This document shows positions 60,673 through 60,843 of a stretch of 60,843 nucleotides of DNA, in pieces. Within the stretch, counting starts at the first letter, position 1; every line of letters begins with the position of its first letter. Both the position numbers and the translations under genes were made by a program. Location: contig NC_068986.1 in the NCBI RefSeq assembly GCF_001194135.2, positions 25,281,571 through 25,342,413 on the forward strand. The letters are read 5' to 3'. The stretch is from Octopus bimaculoides (taxonomy: Eukaryota). The notes beneath the pieces are model-generated. The model was given only the letters and a program-made list of their open reading frames with translations. It was not told where the DNA came from and searched no databases.

Positions 60673-60843
60673 TATATATAGTTAAAAAAAACAATAACAA
60701 AAAACACAAAAACACAACAAAGTGAGGACGTGATATGGATAGTATTATTGGACGCTCAGGAAAGGAAAGAGAGAGTGTATGACGTTTCGGGCGTAGCCCT
60801 TCGTCGGAAAGATGGAAAGTTCGGAGAATGGAAGAACGGAGAA

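Noticed and set aside
1-60843. CRISPR arrays, operons or prokaryotic defence systems
   Set aside because: This is spliced eukaryotic DNA; the recurring sequences are dispersed TEs and microsatellites, not repeat-spacer arrays.

Overview
AT-rich, microsatellite- and transposon-dense animal genomic DNA with N gaps. The repeat families look like those of octopus (coleoid cephalopod); this is inferred from recognition, not shown. Two spliced host genes diverge head-to-head. (1) A complete BRD7/BRD9-family bromodomain gene on the minus strand: 16 coding exons, ATG 23685 to stop 2935, 693 aa by my exon sum, all introns GT-AG with consistent phases. (2) COX11 on the plus strand: three internal exons at 33030-33185, 33850-33975 and 54312-54353; I could not locate the first or last coding exon. 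The rest is tRNA-SINEs, RTE LINE pieces, MITEs (piggyBac-, hAT- and mariner-type), decayed DD41D mariner, Tc3-like and pogo transposases, and Penelope-type termini with hammerhead-ribozyme-like motifs. Best lead: BRD7/9 intron 2 carries a two-block inverted, diverged copy of exon 2 (19328-19464). It can fold back on the exon in the pre-mRNA and places A-C mismatches on Lys25 of the conserved EKPLKLVLKV motif, making it a candidate editing-complementary sequence or splicing switch. Repeat boundaries are approximate and no database searches were run.
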